NCBI GenBank assembly: GCA_031414955.1 | Contig: JANOQV010000152.1 | Coordinates: 1 to 64,000, forward strand | DNA length: 64,000 nt | DNA from: Pedosphaera sp. | Lineage (GTDB): Bacteria > Verrucomicrobiota > Verrucomicrobiia > Limisphaerales > SIBH01 | Direction of reading: 5' to 3' | In this document: piece after piece, positions 28,201-36,679 of the stretch | Numbering within the stretch: the first letter of the stretch is position 1 | Layout: each line of letters opens with the position of its first letter | Made by a program: the position numbers and the translations under genes | Notes under the pieces: model-generated | What the model was told of the DNA's origin: nothing | What the model saw: only the letters and a program-made list of their open reading frames with translations | Database searches by the model: none

Positions 28201-30940
28201 CGGCACCTTCAAGCCGACGAACATCGGTGCCGGAGACACCTTTGCCGCGCCGGCACCCGCCGGGCCGTACGTCACCACGCTCGCCGCCTTCAATGGCCAG
28301 AACGCGAACGGAGCCTGGGCGCTCTACTTCCTCGACGACGGTCCTGGCGATTCGGGCAGCCTCGCGGGTGGCTGGAGTCTGACCATCACCACGGTGGGAG
28401 GCTCAGGCTCGCAGGCCCCAGTCATCAGCGACCTGCCAAATCAATTCACCACCATCAATGTGCCGACGGCGGCCATCCCCTTCACCGTGGGTGACGCGGA
28501 CACGGCCGCGACCGGTCTCATCGTTTACGGCAACTCGTCGAATGCCGCGCTTGCGCCGACCAACAACATGGTCTTCGGAGGTGCGGGCAGCAATCGCACC
28601 GTGACGCTGACGCCTGCGACCGGCCAGATCGGTTCCGCCACCATCACCGTCTTCGTCACCGATGGCACCAACGTGGCCAGCGATTCGTTTCTGCTCACCG
28701 TCAACCCGGTCAACACGCCGCCGATCATTTCCGCCCTGGCGGATCAGGTGGTGAATGAAGACACCGCCACCGGTGCAATTCCCTTCACCATCAACGACGG
28801 CGAAACGGCGGCGGGCAGCCTCACGCTGACGAAGAATTCCTCGAACCTCGCGCTGGTGCCTCTGGCCGGGATCAGCTTCGGCGGCAGCGGCAGCAACCGC
28901 ACCGTGACTGTCGCCCCAGCGGCGAATCAGAGCGGCACGGCCCTCGTCACGGTCGGCGTGAGCGACGGACAGTACACGGTCAGCACCAACTTCTTGGTCA
29001 CGGTCAACGCGGTGAACGACACGCCGACCCTTTCGGGCCTGGCGAACCAGACCGTCGGCACGAACAGCACGCTTGGGCCGTTGAACTTTACCGTGGGCGA
29101 CGTGGAGACTGCGGCGAGTGACTTGGTCGTGAGCGGCTACGCCTCCAACCCGGCGCTGGTGCCGACGAACAACATTGTCTTCGGCGGTTCGGGCAGCAAC
29201 CGGACTGTGACCATCACGCCCGGGTTGGATCAGTCCGGGACGACCACAATCATTTTGAACGTCTCGGATGGCACGAACACGGCCAGCACCAACTTCACCC
29301 TCAGCGTCAGCCCGCTCGACCTGGCGGCCGCCTCCTTCACGAATGCCACCTTCATCGCCATGACCAACACCGCGATCTCCCCCGCCACGCCTTATCCGTC
29401 CGTGATCAACGTGTCGGGACTGGCCGGGATGGTGAGCAACGTCACCGTCACGCTGTGGAATTTTTCGCACGCCTGGACTCGCGATGTGGACATCCTGCTC
29501 GTAGCCCCGAACGGATCGGGCGTGCTGCTCTGTTCGGATGCGGGCAACGGCGGGGCCAGCGGCATCAATCTGACCTTCTCGGACGCGGCTGCGAGCAACA
29601 TTCCTCAATCTCCGCTGGTGACCGGCACATTTCGTCCCGAGGATTACTCGCCCTCGGAGACCTTCCCACAGCCCGCGCCCGCCGGTCCCTTCAGCGAGAG
29701 GCTGTCCACTTTGAACGGACAATCGGCGAATGGCCCCTGGTCTCTTTTCGTTTACGACGATGGGAACAACGATTTGGGCAGCATCGCCGGAGGCTGGACG
29801 ATTTCGCTGACCACGGTTTCAGACGGCTCCCAACCGCCCGTCATCTCTGCTCTGGGCAACCAGTCGGTGGCCGAGGATGGTTCGATCGGACCGACCGCCT
29901 TCACGGTGGGCGATGCCGACACGGACGCCGCGCTGCTGGTGATGAGTCGTGTTTCATCGAATCCGGTGCTGCTCCCGACGAACAACATCGTTTTTGGTGG
30001 CTCGGGGTCGAACCGCACCGTGACCTTGACGCCGGTCGCGAATGCCAGCGGTTCCGCCACGATCACGCTGACGGTGAGCGATGGCACGAACACGGCCAGC
30101 ACCAACTTCCTGCTGACCGTAACTCCGGTGAATGACGCGCCGTCAATAGGCGGCGTGGGGAGCCAGATCATCAACGAGGATTCCGCCACGGCTCAGTTGA
30201 ATTTCACCGTGGGTGATGTTGAGACACCGGCCCTGAACCTGGCGGTCAGCGGCGGTTCTTCCAATCCGGCGCTGGTGCCGACGAATCAGATTGTTTTGGG
30301 CGGCGTGGATTCGAATCGCACGGTCACGGTCACACCGCTTCCGAATGCCAGCGGCACCGTGACCATCACCCTGACGGTGAGTGACGGCACGAACAGCGTG
30401 AGCACGAATTTCCTGCTGACCGTCAACGCCGTGAATGATGCGCCAGTCCTCGCGCCGGTTTCCAACCGGGTGGTCAGCGCCGGACAAATTGTTTCGTTCA
30501 CCAACTCTGCCAGCGACGTGGATCTTCCTGCGCAGGTGTTGACCTTTAGTCTGCTCAATTTTCCCGCGGGCGCCACGCTGGATGCCGGCAATGGAATTTT
30601 CTTCTGGCGTCCCGCCGTGGCCCAGGCCGGCACGACGAACCTCATCGAGCTGAGGGTGGCGGACGATGGCGCGCCCGTCTTGAGCGCCACCCAAAGCTTC
30701 AGCGTGATCGTAAGCCAGCTCGCCGCGCCGAGCGTGAATCGACTGGGCCTGAGCAACGATCAACTCACGCTCGTCATCACGGGCGATACCGGCCCCGACT
30801 ACACGGTGCAGGCTTCGCCGGATCTTGGCGTCTGGACGGATTTGTTCACCACCAACTCGCCCCTGCTGCCCTTCACCTGCACGATCACGAACGTCAGCGG
30901 TTTCCCGCAGCGTTTCTTTCGCGTCCTGCTTGGGCCGTGA
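25241..30940 (+). CDS. Secreted PQQ-dependent sugar dehydrogenase-like beta-propeller with PKD, Ig-like repeats, two P-domain-like modules and C-terminal RFFR module
   Basis: LGFALHPDF, THTIGSLAFGEDG, GLRNPFR and NFGWP; PKD YSWNFGDG; repeated SSN..LVP..I.FGGSGSNRTVT units. Confidence 0.88.
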   Translation: MRNRFFGWSWFSARRRGLNPATGASAPVDSGRRLPCFRTAWLSRLVASTVVLAAGLSFLSLGSGVLSAATVPPGFSETIVPGPSGGAWNGAIGIVFEDNGRMYVWEGSGRIWFRDPGETNFTMLLDLSEEVGFWHDTGCLGFALHPDFRVNGYIYLLYSVDRHYLMNYGTPGYNPNTSEEFVASIGRITRYTVRSSDGFRSVDAASRFILLGETKETGFPSVSTTHTIGSLAFGEDGTLLASCGDGASAFTADVGGPAFGSYAPQGLADGIIKPKENIGAFRSQLVDSLSGKVVRLDPLTGNGVPSNPFYDPLNPRSAKSRVWSLGLRNPFRMVKRPDTGSHNPEDAQPGSFYLGDVGWDDWECLKIVNAPSQNFGWPLYEGLSLMPLYDQNITNQDAINPLYPGGGCAQYFTFKQLLKADSLNPAAQPPFRNPCNTNQFIPGSIPQFLHTRPALDWNHASDLTRTPIYGGAGEPLLANVGAGGSPVSGTPFRGSCAVAGTWYTGNSFPTQYQNTFFLADWAQGIIKSVSFDANDKPVAVQNFATFAGAVVTMAQNPIDGSLYYVSYDYGDAGTVRKLTYAGNRTPIAGAVANQYFGPTPLTVQFSSDGSSDPDGSPLSYSWNFGDGSGLSTAANPSHLFTAPVGVPTKFIVTLTVMDSGGLSAQTNLIVSLNNTPPSVAISSPFHGQPYTPSLTSTVNLSAVVNDLESANGQLSYHWQTLLRHNDHNHQIHADTNHVSSSVISPIGCDGINIYHYRVLLTVTDPAGLATTTEVGLYPDCGVLDTPPVISSLGNQAVYQDRFTPPLAFTIGDAQTAAANLQLSAVSSNPTLVPAGGVAFGGSSSNRTVTVTPALGQIGTATLNILVTDGPNTASNTFTLTVNPPPPGTASFTNSVALTISVPDSGPASPYPSYNLVTGLGGLITNLTVTLRNLTYTWSPDVDVLLVSPSGQGIVLCSDAGGGPVNNVTLTLSDAAGSLLSGVSTLVTGTFKPTNIGAGDTFAAPAPAGPYVTTLAAFNGQNANGAWALYFLDDGPGDSGSLAGGWSLTITTVGGSGSQAPVISDLPNQFTTINVPTAAIPFTVGDADTAATGLIVYGNSSNAALAPTNNMVFGGAGSNRTVTLTPATGQIGSATITVFVTDGTNVASDSFLLTVNPVNTPPIISALADQVVNEDTATGAIPFTINDGETAAGSLTLTKNSSNLALVPLAGISFGGSGSNRTVTVAPAANQSGTALVTVGVSDGQYTVSTNFLVTVNAVNDTPTLSGLANQTVGTNSTLGPLNFTVGDVETAASDLVVSGYASNPALVPTNNIVFGGSGSNRTVTITPGLDQSGTTTIILNVSDGTNTASTNFTLSVSPLDLAAASFTNATFIAMTNTAISPATPYPSVINVSGLAGMVSNVTVTLWNFSHAWTRDVDILLVAPNGSGVLLCSDAGNGGASGINLTFSDAAASNIPQSPLVTGTFRPEDYSPSETFPQPAPAGPFSERLSTLNGQSANGPWSLFVYDDGNNDLGSIAGGWTISLTTVSDGSQPPVISALGNQSVAEDGSIGPTAFTVGDADTDAALLVMSRVSSNPVLLPTNNIVFGGSGSNRTVTLTPVANASGSATITLTVSDGTNTASTNFLLTVTPVNDAPSIGGVGSQIINEDSATAQLNFTVGDVETPALNLAVSGGSSNPALVPTNQIVLGGVDSNRTVTVTPLPNASGTVTITLTVSDGTNSVSTNFLLTVNAVNDAPVLAPVSNRVVSAGQIVSFTNSASDVDLPAQVLTFSLLNFPAGATLDAGNGIFFWRPAVAQAGTTNLIELRVADDGAPVLSATQSFSVIVSQLAAPSVNRLGLSNDQLTLVITGDTGPDYTVQASPDLGVWTDLFTTNSPLLPFTCTITNVSGFPQRFFRVLLGP

Positions 30941-30947
30941 AATCCTC

Positions 30948-33900
30948 ATGAACACCGGCCAGTTCTTTCCTGGTTTAAGGATGCGGCGCGTGACCGCCGC
31001 AAACGGTTTTCCAATTTTGCCCGGAGCGCAGCGCGGCCCCGAGCAGCGGCTGACGGGGGCAGCGGAAGGCGGAAAGCAGAAAGCAGAAATGGGCCGGCCG
31101 CCGTGTTTCCGATTTCAGCTTTCTGCTTTCGCCCTTTCTGCTTTTCTTTGGTTTCTGCTTCTTGCTCTCGCCGTTTCTGCTTTTTCCGCGACCGTGCCGG
31201 CCGGATTTTCTGAGACGGACATCCCGTCCGGCGGCACCTGGACCGAGGCGGCGGGATTAGGCTTCGGCCCTGGCGGTCGAATGTTTGTCTGGGAGCGGGG
31301 CGGGCGTGTTTGGTTTAAGGATCCCCTCGAGACTGCCTTCTCCCTGCTGCTTGATATTCGCGAAGAAGTCGGCGGCTACAACGACTTGGGGCTGCTCGGT
31401 TTTGCGCTGGACCCCAGCTTTGAGGTCAACGGTCACATCTACGTCTTGTACAACGTGGACCGGCATCACCTGCTTAACTTCGGAACGGGAAGCTACAACC
31501 CGAATGCGAACGAGTATTACGCGGCGACCATTGGACGGTTGACGCGCTACACCTGCACGGCTTCCAACGGCTTCCGATCCGTGGACTTGGCCAGCCGGTT
31601 CATCTTGCTCGGTGAATCGAAGACCAATGGATTCCCGATTGTCACGGACACTCAGGGCACGGGCAGCCTGGTTTTCGGGACGGATGGAACTCTGCTGGTT
31701 GCTTGTGGAGATGCCGCCAGCCCTTACACGCAGGATGCCGGCGGCGATGTCCTCCACAGCTATGCGGTTCAAGCCCTGGCCAGTGGCATCATCCGGCCCA
31801 AGGAAGACATCGGCTCTTTTCGTTCGCAAATGGTGGACAGCCTCGGCGGAAAAATACTCCGCATCGATCCGGCCACCGGCGATGGAGTTCCCAGCAATCC
31901 CTTTTACGACCCGGCCAGTCCGCGCTCGGCCCGGTCGCGGGTTTGGTCACTGGGTTATCGCAATCCGTTTCGCATGTCGCTCCGGCCGGAAACCGGCAGC
32001 CATAATGCCGGCGACGGCAATCCCGGAGTTCTTTACGTCGGCAATGTCGGCCATGAAATCTGGGAATCGCTGGATGTGGTGACGGGTCCGGGACAGAATT
32101 TTGGCTGGCCCATTTATGAAGGTCTCGGAGTGATGGCCGTTTTTGAAGGGGTCGATGCCTTCAATCTGGATGCGCCCAATCCGTTTTATCCGACCAACGG
32201 CTGTGCTCAGTATTTTAAGTTCCGGGACTTGCTCAAGGAAGACACCCTCGATCCGCTGGGCCAGCCCCCGTTCACCAATCCGTGCAACGCCGCGCTGAGA
32301 ATTCCTGGCTCCATCCCGCAGTCTCTGCGCGCCCGCCCGGTCCTGGACTGGAATCATACCAGCGCGATTACGCGAACGCCGACCTATGGTCCGGCGGGAC
32401 AGGCGCAAACCGCCAACGTGGGTGCTCCTGGATCGCCGGTGGCCGGCACGCAGTTCCGGGGGAACTCCGTCATCGGCGGCACCTGGTACACCGGAACGAA
32501 TTTTCCGGTGCGCTATCAAAACACTTATTTTGTCGCGGACTGGGGCCAGGGATGGATCAAGAGCGTGACCTTCGATCAGAATGATCAACCGGTTGAAGTG
32601 CGTGACTTCCTGAGCAACGCCGGAATTGAAAGCATCGCCACCGTCGTGGAAAACCCGGCCGATGGCAGCCTGTATTACCTCACCTTCAATCGCTCCTCCG
32701 GTTCCATCCGAAAAATCTCCTACGTGGGCAACCGCACCCCGGTGGCCGTGGCCGCCCCGGACCAAACCTACGGCCCCGGTCCCCTCACCGTCCCATTCAG
32801 CAGCAACGGCTCCTTTGATCCCGACGGCAGCCCCCTCGCTTACGCCTGGAACTTTGGCGACGGCTCGGGCACCAACCTGGCCCACCCGTCGCATACGTTT
32901 TCCGCCCCGATCGGAGTGCCGACAAAATTCATCGTTACTTTGACGGTGACGGACCCCGGCGGATTGTCGGCGCAAAAGACCCTGACCATCTCCGTCAACA
33001 ACACCCCGCCCAACGTCGCCATCACCAGCCCCGTGGATGGCGCGAGCTACTCGCCGAGCAACAATTCCACCTTCGATCTGACGGCGACGGTCAGCGATGC
33101 CGAGTTCAGCGATGAGGAACTGAGCTATCGTTGGCAAACGCTCCTGCACCACAACGACCACAATCACGGCAGCCCGCCGGACACGAATCACCTGACTACG
33201 ACCCTGATCGAGCCGACCCGGTGCGACGCGACCACGATCTTCTATTATCGAGTCTTGCTCACGGTTACGGATTCAGCGGGGCTTTCAACAACTCGCGAGG
33301 TGAGGCTCTACGCGGATTGTGGCCCCAACACGCCGCCGCGGATCTCGGCCATCCCCAATCAGTTCGTGAATCAGGATCGAACAACCGCTCCGATTGCTTT
33401 CACCGTGGAGGATGATGAAACCGTTCCGGACATATTGCAGTTCAGCGCCTCCTCCTCGAATCCCGCCTTGTTGCCGGAGGCCAACATCATTTTTGGAGGG
33501 AGCAGCAGCAACCGCACGTTGACTCTGACCCCGTCGCCAGGGCAAACGGGCCAGGCGACGATTACGGTGACGGTGAATGATGGGCCAAACTACACGAGCA
33601 CGAGCTTCGTCCTGACCGTGAACCCGGCGCCGGCCGGCACGGCTTCCTTCACCAACTCGACGGCGCTCACGATTTCAATTCCGAATTCCGGCCCGGCCGC
33701 GCCCTATCCGTCGTACAACATGGTCACCGGTCTGGGTGGCGTCATCACCAACGTCGCCGTCACGTTGCGCAACCTGACCTACACCTGGTCTCCAGATGTG
33801 GACGTGTTGCTGGTCAGCCCGTGGGGGCAGGGGATCATTCTCTGTTCGGACGCCGGCAATGGACCGGTCAACAACGTCACGCTCACGCTTTCCGATGCGG

Positions 33901-36374
33901 CGGCTGCTTCGCTGCCTAGCGTGAGTGCGCTTGCGTCGGGCACTTTCAAGCCGACGAACGTCGGGGCCGGAGATGCCTTGGCCGCGCCGGCACCCGTCGG
34001 GCCTTACGCCACGAACTTCTCCGCCTTCAACGGCCAGCCTGCGAATGGCGCGTGGGCTTTATATTTTTTCGATGATGGCGCGAACGACTCCGGCAGCCTG
34101 GCCGGCGGCTGGAGCATCACCATCACGACCGTGGGCGGAAACGGCTCCCAAGCGCCGACCATTATCGACATCCCAAACCAATTCACCACGGTGAATGAAG
34201 CCACGGCGGCGATTCCCTTCACCATCAGCGACGCGGACACGGCGGCGGCGGAGTTGATTGTTTACGCGAACTCTTCCAATCCCGCGCTCGCGCCGACGAA
34301 CAACATCGTCCTCGGAGGCAGCGAGAGTAATCGCACGGTGACGATTACGCCGGTGGCCGCCCAGATCGGCACGGCCACGATTACGGTCTACGTTACGGAC
34401 GGCACGAACACCACGAGTGACTTGTTCCTGCTCACCGTCAGCGCCATCAACACTCCGCCTGTCATCTCGCCGATCACGGCTCAAGTCATCAACGAGGACA
34501 CCGCCACGGGAGCTATTGGCTTCACGATTGGCGACGGCGAGACAGCAGCGGGCAGTCTGACCCTGACCAAAAGCTCCTCGAATACCACCCTGGTTCCCAC
34601 CAGTGGGATTGTCTTTGGCGGGAGTGGCAGCAACCGCACCGTGACCGTGACGCCGGCGGCGAATCAATCGGGGATCGTCACGATCAGCGTGGGCGTGAGC
34701 GACGGCCAATACACGGCGACGACGAACTTCCTGGTCACGGTCAATCCCATCAACGACCTGCCATCCATTTCTGGAATCACCAACCAGACGATCAACCAGA
34801 ATGGCATGACGGGGCCCTTGAACTTCACCATCGGCGACGTTGAAACGGCGGCCGGCGCATTGACCGTGATCGGCGCTTCATCGGACGGACTGCTTGTGCC
34901 GAACAACAACATTGTGCTCGGGGGAAGCGGCAGCAATCGCATGGTCACCATCACTCCGGGACTCAATCAACTTGGCACCGCTGTGATCACTTTGAACGTG
35001 AGCGATGGCACGAACACCGCGGGCACGAGCTTCGCACTTACGGTGCGCGCATCGGTGGTGGGCACCTTCTCATTAACCAATGCCGGCTCCATCACCATGA
35101 GTAACGTGGCGAGTTCGCCCGCCGTGCCCTATCCGTCCACGATCAACGTGACCGGCCTGGGCGGGACGGTCAGCAATGTGACCGTGACGCTCCGGAACCT
35201 GACTCACGCCTGGACGCGCGACATCGATGTGCTGCTGGTCGCGCCCAACGGGCAGGGAGTGATTCTCCTCTCCGACGCCGGCAATGGCGTCGCCAGCGGC
35301 GTCATTCTCACCTTGTCCGATTCCGCCGCGTCGTCAGTCCCGCTCACGCCTTTGACCACGGGCACATTCCGTCCGGCGGATTATTCACCCGTGGAAACTT
35401 TTCCGGTGCCGGCGCTGACCGGACCGTTCGGAACAGTCTTGGCTGTGCTGAATGGACAAAGTCCCAACGGTGCGTGGTTGTTGTTTGTTTACGACGATGG
35501 ACCAAATGATTTGGGAAACATTGCCGATGGCTGGAGCCTCACCCTGACCACGGTTTCGAGTCCCTCTGAACCACCGGTCATTTCAGGCATCGCCAGCCAG
35601 ACCATCGGCGAGGACACATCCACCGGGCCGATTGGATTCACGATCGACGATCCAGACACCGCTGCGGTCCACCTCGTGGTGAGCGGTGGTTCTTCAAATC
35701 CCGTTCTGGTGCCGACGAACGGTCTCGTGCTGGGTGGAACGGGAGTAAACCGAACCGTCACCATCACGCCTGCCCACGAGGTCAGCGGCACGGCGACGAT
35801 CACGCTGGCAGTCAGTGACGGCACGAACAACGTGAGCACCAACTTTTTGTTGACGGTGATCGCGGTGAACGATGCTCCAACCCTCGCGCCGGTTTCCAGC
35901 CGGGTGGTCGGCGCCGGACAGATTGTTTCGTTCCCCAACTCGGCCAGCGACGTGGATCTTCCTCCACAGGCGTTGACCTTTAGCCTGGCTGGTTTTCCCG
36001 CAGGCGCAACGCTGGACGCCAGCAGTGGAGTTTTCTTCTGGCGTCCCGCGGTGGCCCGGGCTGGCACGACGAATTTCTTCGAGATGATAGTGGCGGACAG
36101 CGGTTTACCCGTCCTCAGCGCTACGCAAAGTTTCAACGTGATCGTGAGCCAACTTGCGCCGCCCAGTGTGACTCAGGTGGCGCTGACCAACAACCGACTC
36201 ACGCTCGTCATCGCGGGTGATGCCGGCCCTGACTACACCGTGCAGGCTTCGCCGGACCTTGCCGACTGGACGGATCTGTTCACCACGAACTCGCCGTTGC
36301 TGCCGTTCACTGGCACGATCACCAACGTCAGCGACTTTCCGCAGCGTTTCTTCCGTGTCCTGCTCGGACCATGA
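30948..36374 (+). CDS. Paralog of the preceding gene with one fewer Ig-like repeat (alternative start ATG 31089)
   Basis: Collinear domains and similar sequence throughout; LGFALDPSF, GYRNPFR and AWNFGDG; ends QRFFRVLLGP exactly like its neighbour. Confidence 0.88.
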   Translation: MNTGQFFPGLRMRRVTAANGFPILPGAQRGPEQRLTGAAEGGKQKAEMGRPPCFRFQLSAFALSAFLWFLLLALAVSAFSATVPAGFSETDIPSGGTWTEAAGLGFGPGGRMFVWERGGRVWFKDPLETAFSLLLDIREEVGGYNDLGLLGFALDPSFEVNGHIYVLYNVDRHHLLNFGTGSYNPNANEYYAATIGRLTRYTCTASNGFRSVDLASRFILLGESKTNGFPIVTDTQGTGSLVFGTDGTLLVACGDAASPYTQDAGGDVLHSYAVQALASGIIRPKEDIGSFRSQMVDSLGGKILRIDPATGDGVPSNPFYDPASPRSARSRVWSLGYRNPFRMSLRPETGSHNAGDGNPGVLYVGNVGHEIWESLDVVTGPGQNFGWPIYEGLGVMAVFEGVDAFNLDAPNPFYPTNGCAQYFKFRDLLKEDTLDPLGQPPFTNPCNAALRIPGSIPQSLRARPVLDWNHTSAITRTPTYGPAGQAQTANVGAPGSPVAGTQFRGNSVIGGTWYTGTNFPVRYQNTYFVADWGQGWIKSVTFDQNDQPVEVRDFLSNAGIESIATVVENPADGSLYYLTFNRSSGSIRKISYVGNRTPVAVAAPDQTYGPGPLTVPFSSNGSFDPDGSPLAYAWNFGDGSGTNLAHPSHTFSAPIGVPTKFIVTLTVTDPGGLSAQKTLTISVNNTPPNVAITSPVDGASYSPSNNSTFDLTATVSDAEFSDEELSYRWQTLLHHNDHNHGSPPDTNHLTTTLIEPTRCDATTIFYYRVLLTVTDSAGLSTTREVRLYADCGPNTPPRISAIPNQFVNQDRTTAPIAFTVEDDETVPDILQFSASSSNPALLPEANIIFGGSSSNRTLTLTPSPGQTGQATITVTVNDGPNYTSTSFVLTVNPAPAGTASFTNSTALTISIPNSGPAAPYPSYNMVTGLGGVITNVAVTLRNLTYTWSPDVDVLLVSPWGQGIILCSDAGNGPVNNVTLTLSDAAAASLPSVSALASGTFKPTNVGAGDALAAPAPVGPYATNFSAFNGQPANGAWALYFFDDGANDSGSLAGGWSITITTVGGNGSQAPTIIDIPNQFTTVNEATAAIPFTISDADTAAAELIVYANSSNPALAPTNNIVLGGSESNRTVTITPVAAQIGTATITVYVTDGTNTTSDLFLLTVSAINTPPVISPITAQVINEDTATGAIGFTIGDGETAAGSLTLTKSSSNTTLVPTSGIVFGGSGSNRTVTVTPAANQSGIVTISVGVSDGQYTATTNFLVTVNPINDLPSISGITNQTINQNGMTGPLNFTIGDVETAAGALTVIGASSDGLLVPNNNIVLGGSGSNRMVTITPGLNQLGTAVITLNVSDGTNTAGTSFALTVRASVVGTFSLTNAGSITMSNVASSPAVPYPSTINVTGLGGTVSNVTVTLRNLTHAWTRDIDVLLVAPNGQGVILLSDAGNGVASGVILTLSDSAASSVPLTPLTTGTFRPADYSPVETFPVPALTGPFGTVLAVLNGQSPNGAWLLFVYDDGPNDLGNIADGWSLTLTTVSSPSEPPVISGIASQTIGEDTSTGPIGFTIDDPDTAAVHLVVSGGSSNPVLVPTNGLVLGGTGVNRTVTITPAHEVSGTATITLAVSDGTNNVSTNFLLTVIAVNDAPTLAPVSSRVVGAGQIVSFPNSASDVDLPPQALTFSLAGFPAGATLDASSGVFFWRPAVARAGTTNFFEMIVADSGLPVLSATQSFNVIVSQLAPPSVTQVALTNNRLTLVIAGDAGPDYTVQASPDLADWTDLFTTNSPLLPFTGTITNVSDFPQRFFRVLLGP
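31072..31180. repeat. Heptamer (aaagcag/ctgcttt) hairpin repeat overlapping the signal-peptide region
   Basis: gaaagcagaaagcagaaat (31072-31090) pairs with atttcagctttctgctttc (31112-31130) with 1 mismatch; further tttctgc units up to 31180. Confidence 0.65.
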
Positions 36375-36679
36375 ACCATCAACCCAGGTGTATGGCGGGC
36401 CGGGCCGCCCGCGAAAGGCAGGGTCCGCTTCCTGGATTCGCTGATCGCCGCTGGATTGGTGATTTTGCCGGTTCCGATCACAGCCTTGCGGCGGATTTTG
36501 GCTCCGGCGTGTTAGTCGTATATCCCTGCAGTATCAGGTTCCGTAAAAGTACGGGTTGTCCCTATTGAGCCTGAAATTGACTGGATTTTCAGACGTCGAC
36601 CAGCCAAGGTGGCCGTCGCTCCGTTGGTAGTTCGTTGTTGGCTCGTAGTTTGATAACACAGTCGAAACCTCCAGTGATC

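Noticed and set aside
36541..36554. Palindrome CCGTA-N4-TACGG upstream of the repeat protein as an operator
   Set aside because: Single short instance, compatible with chance; no matching copy found by eye
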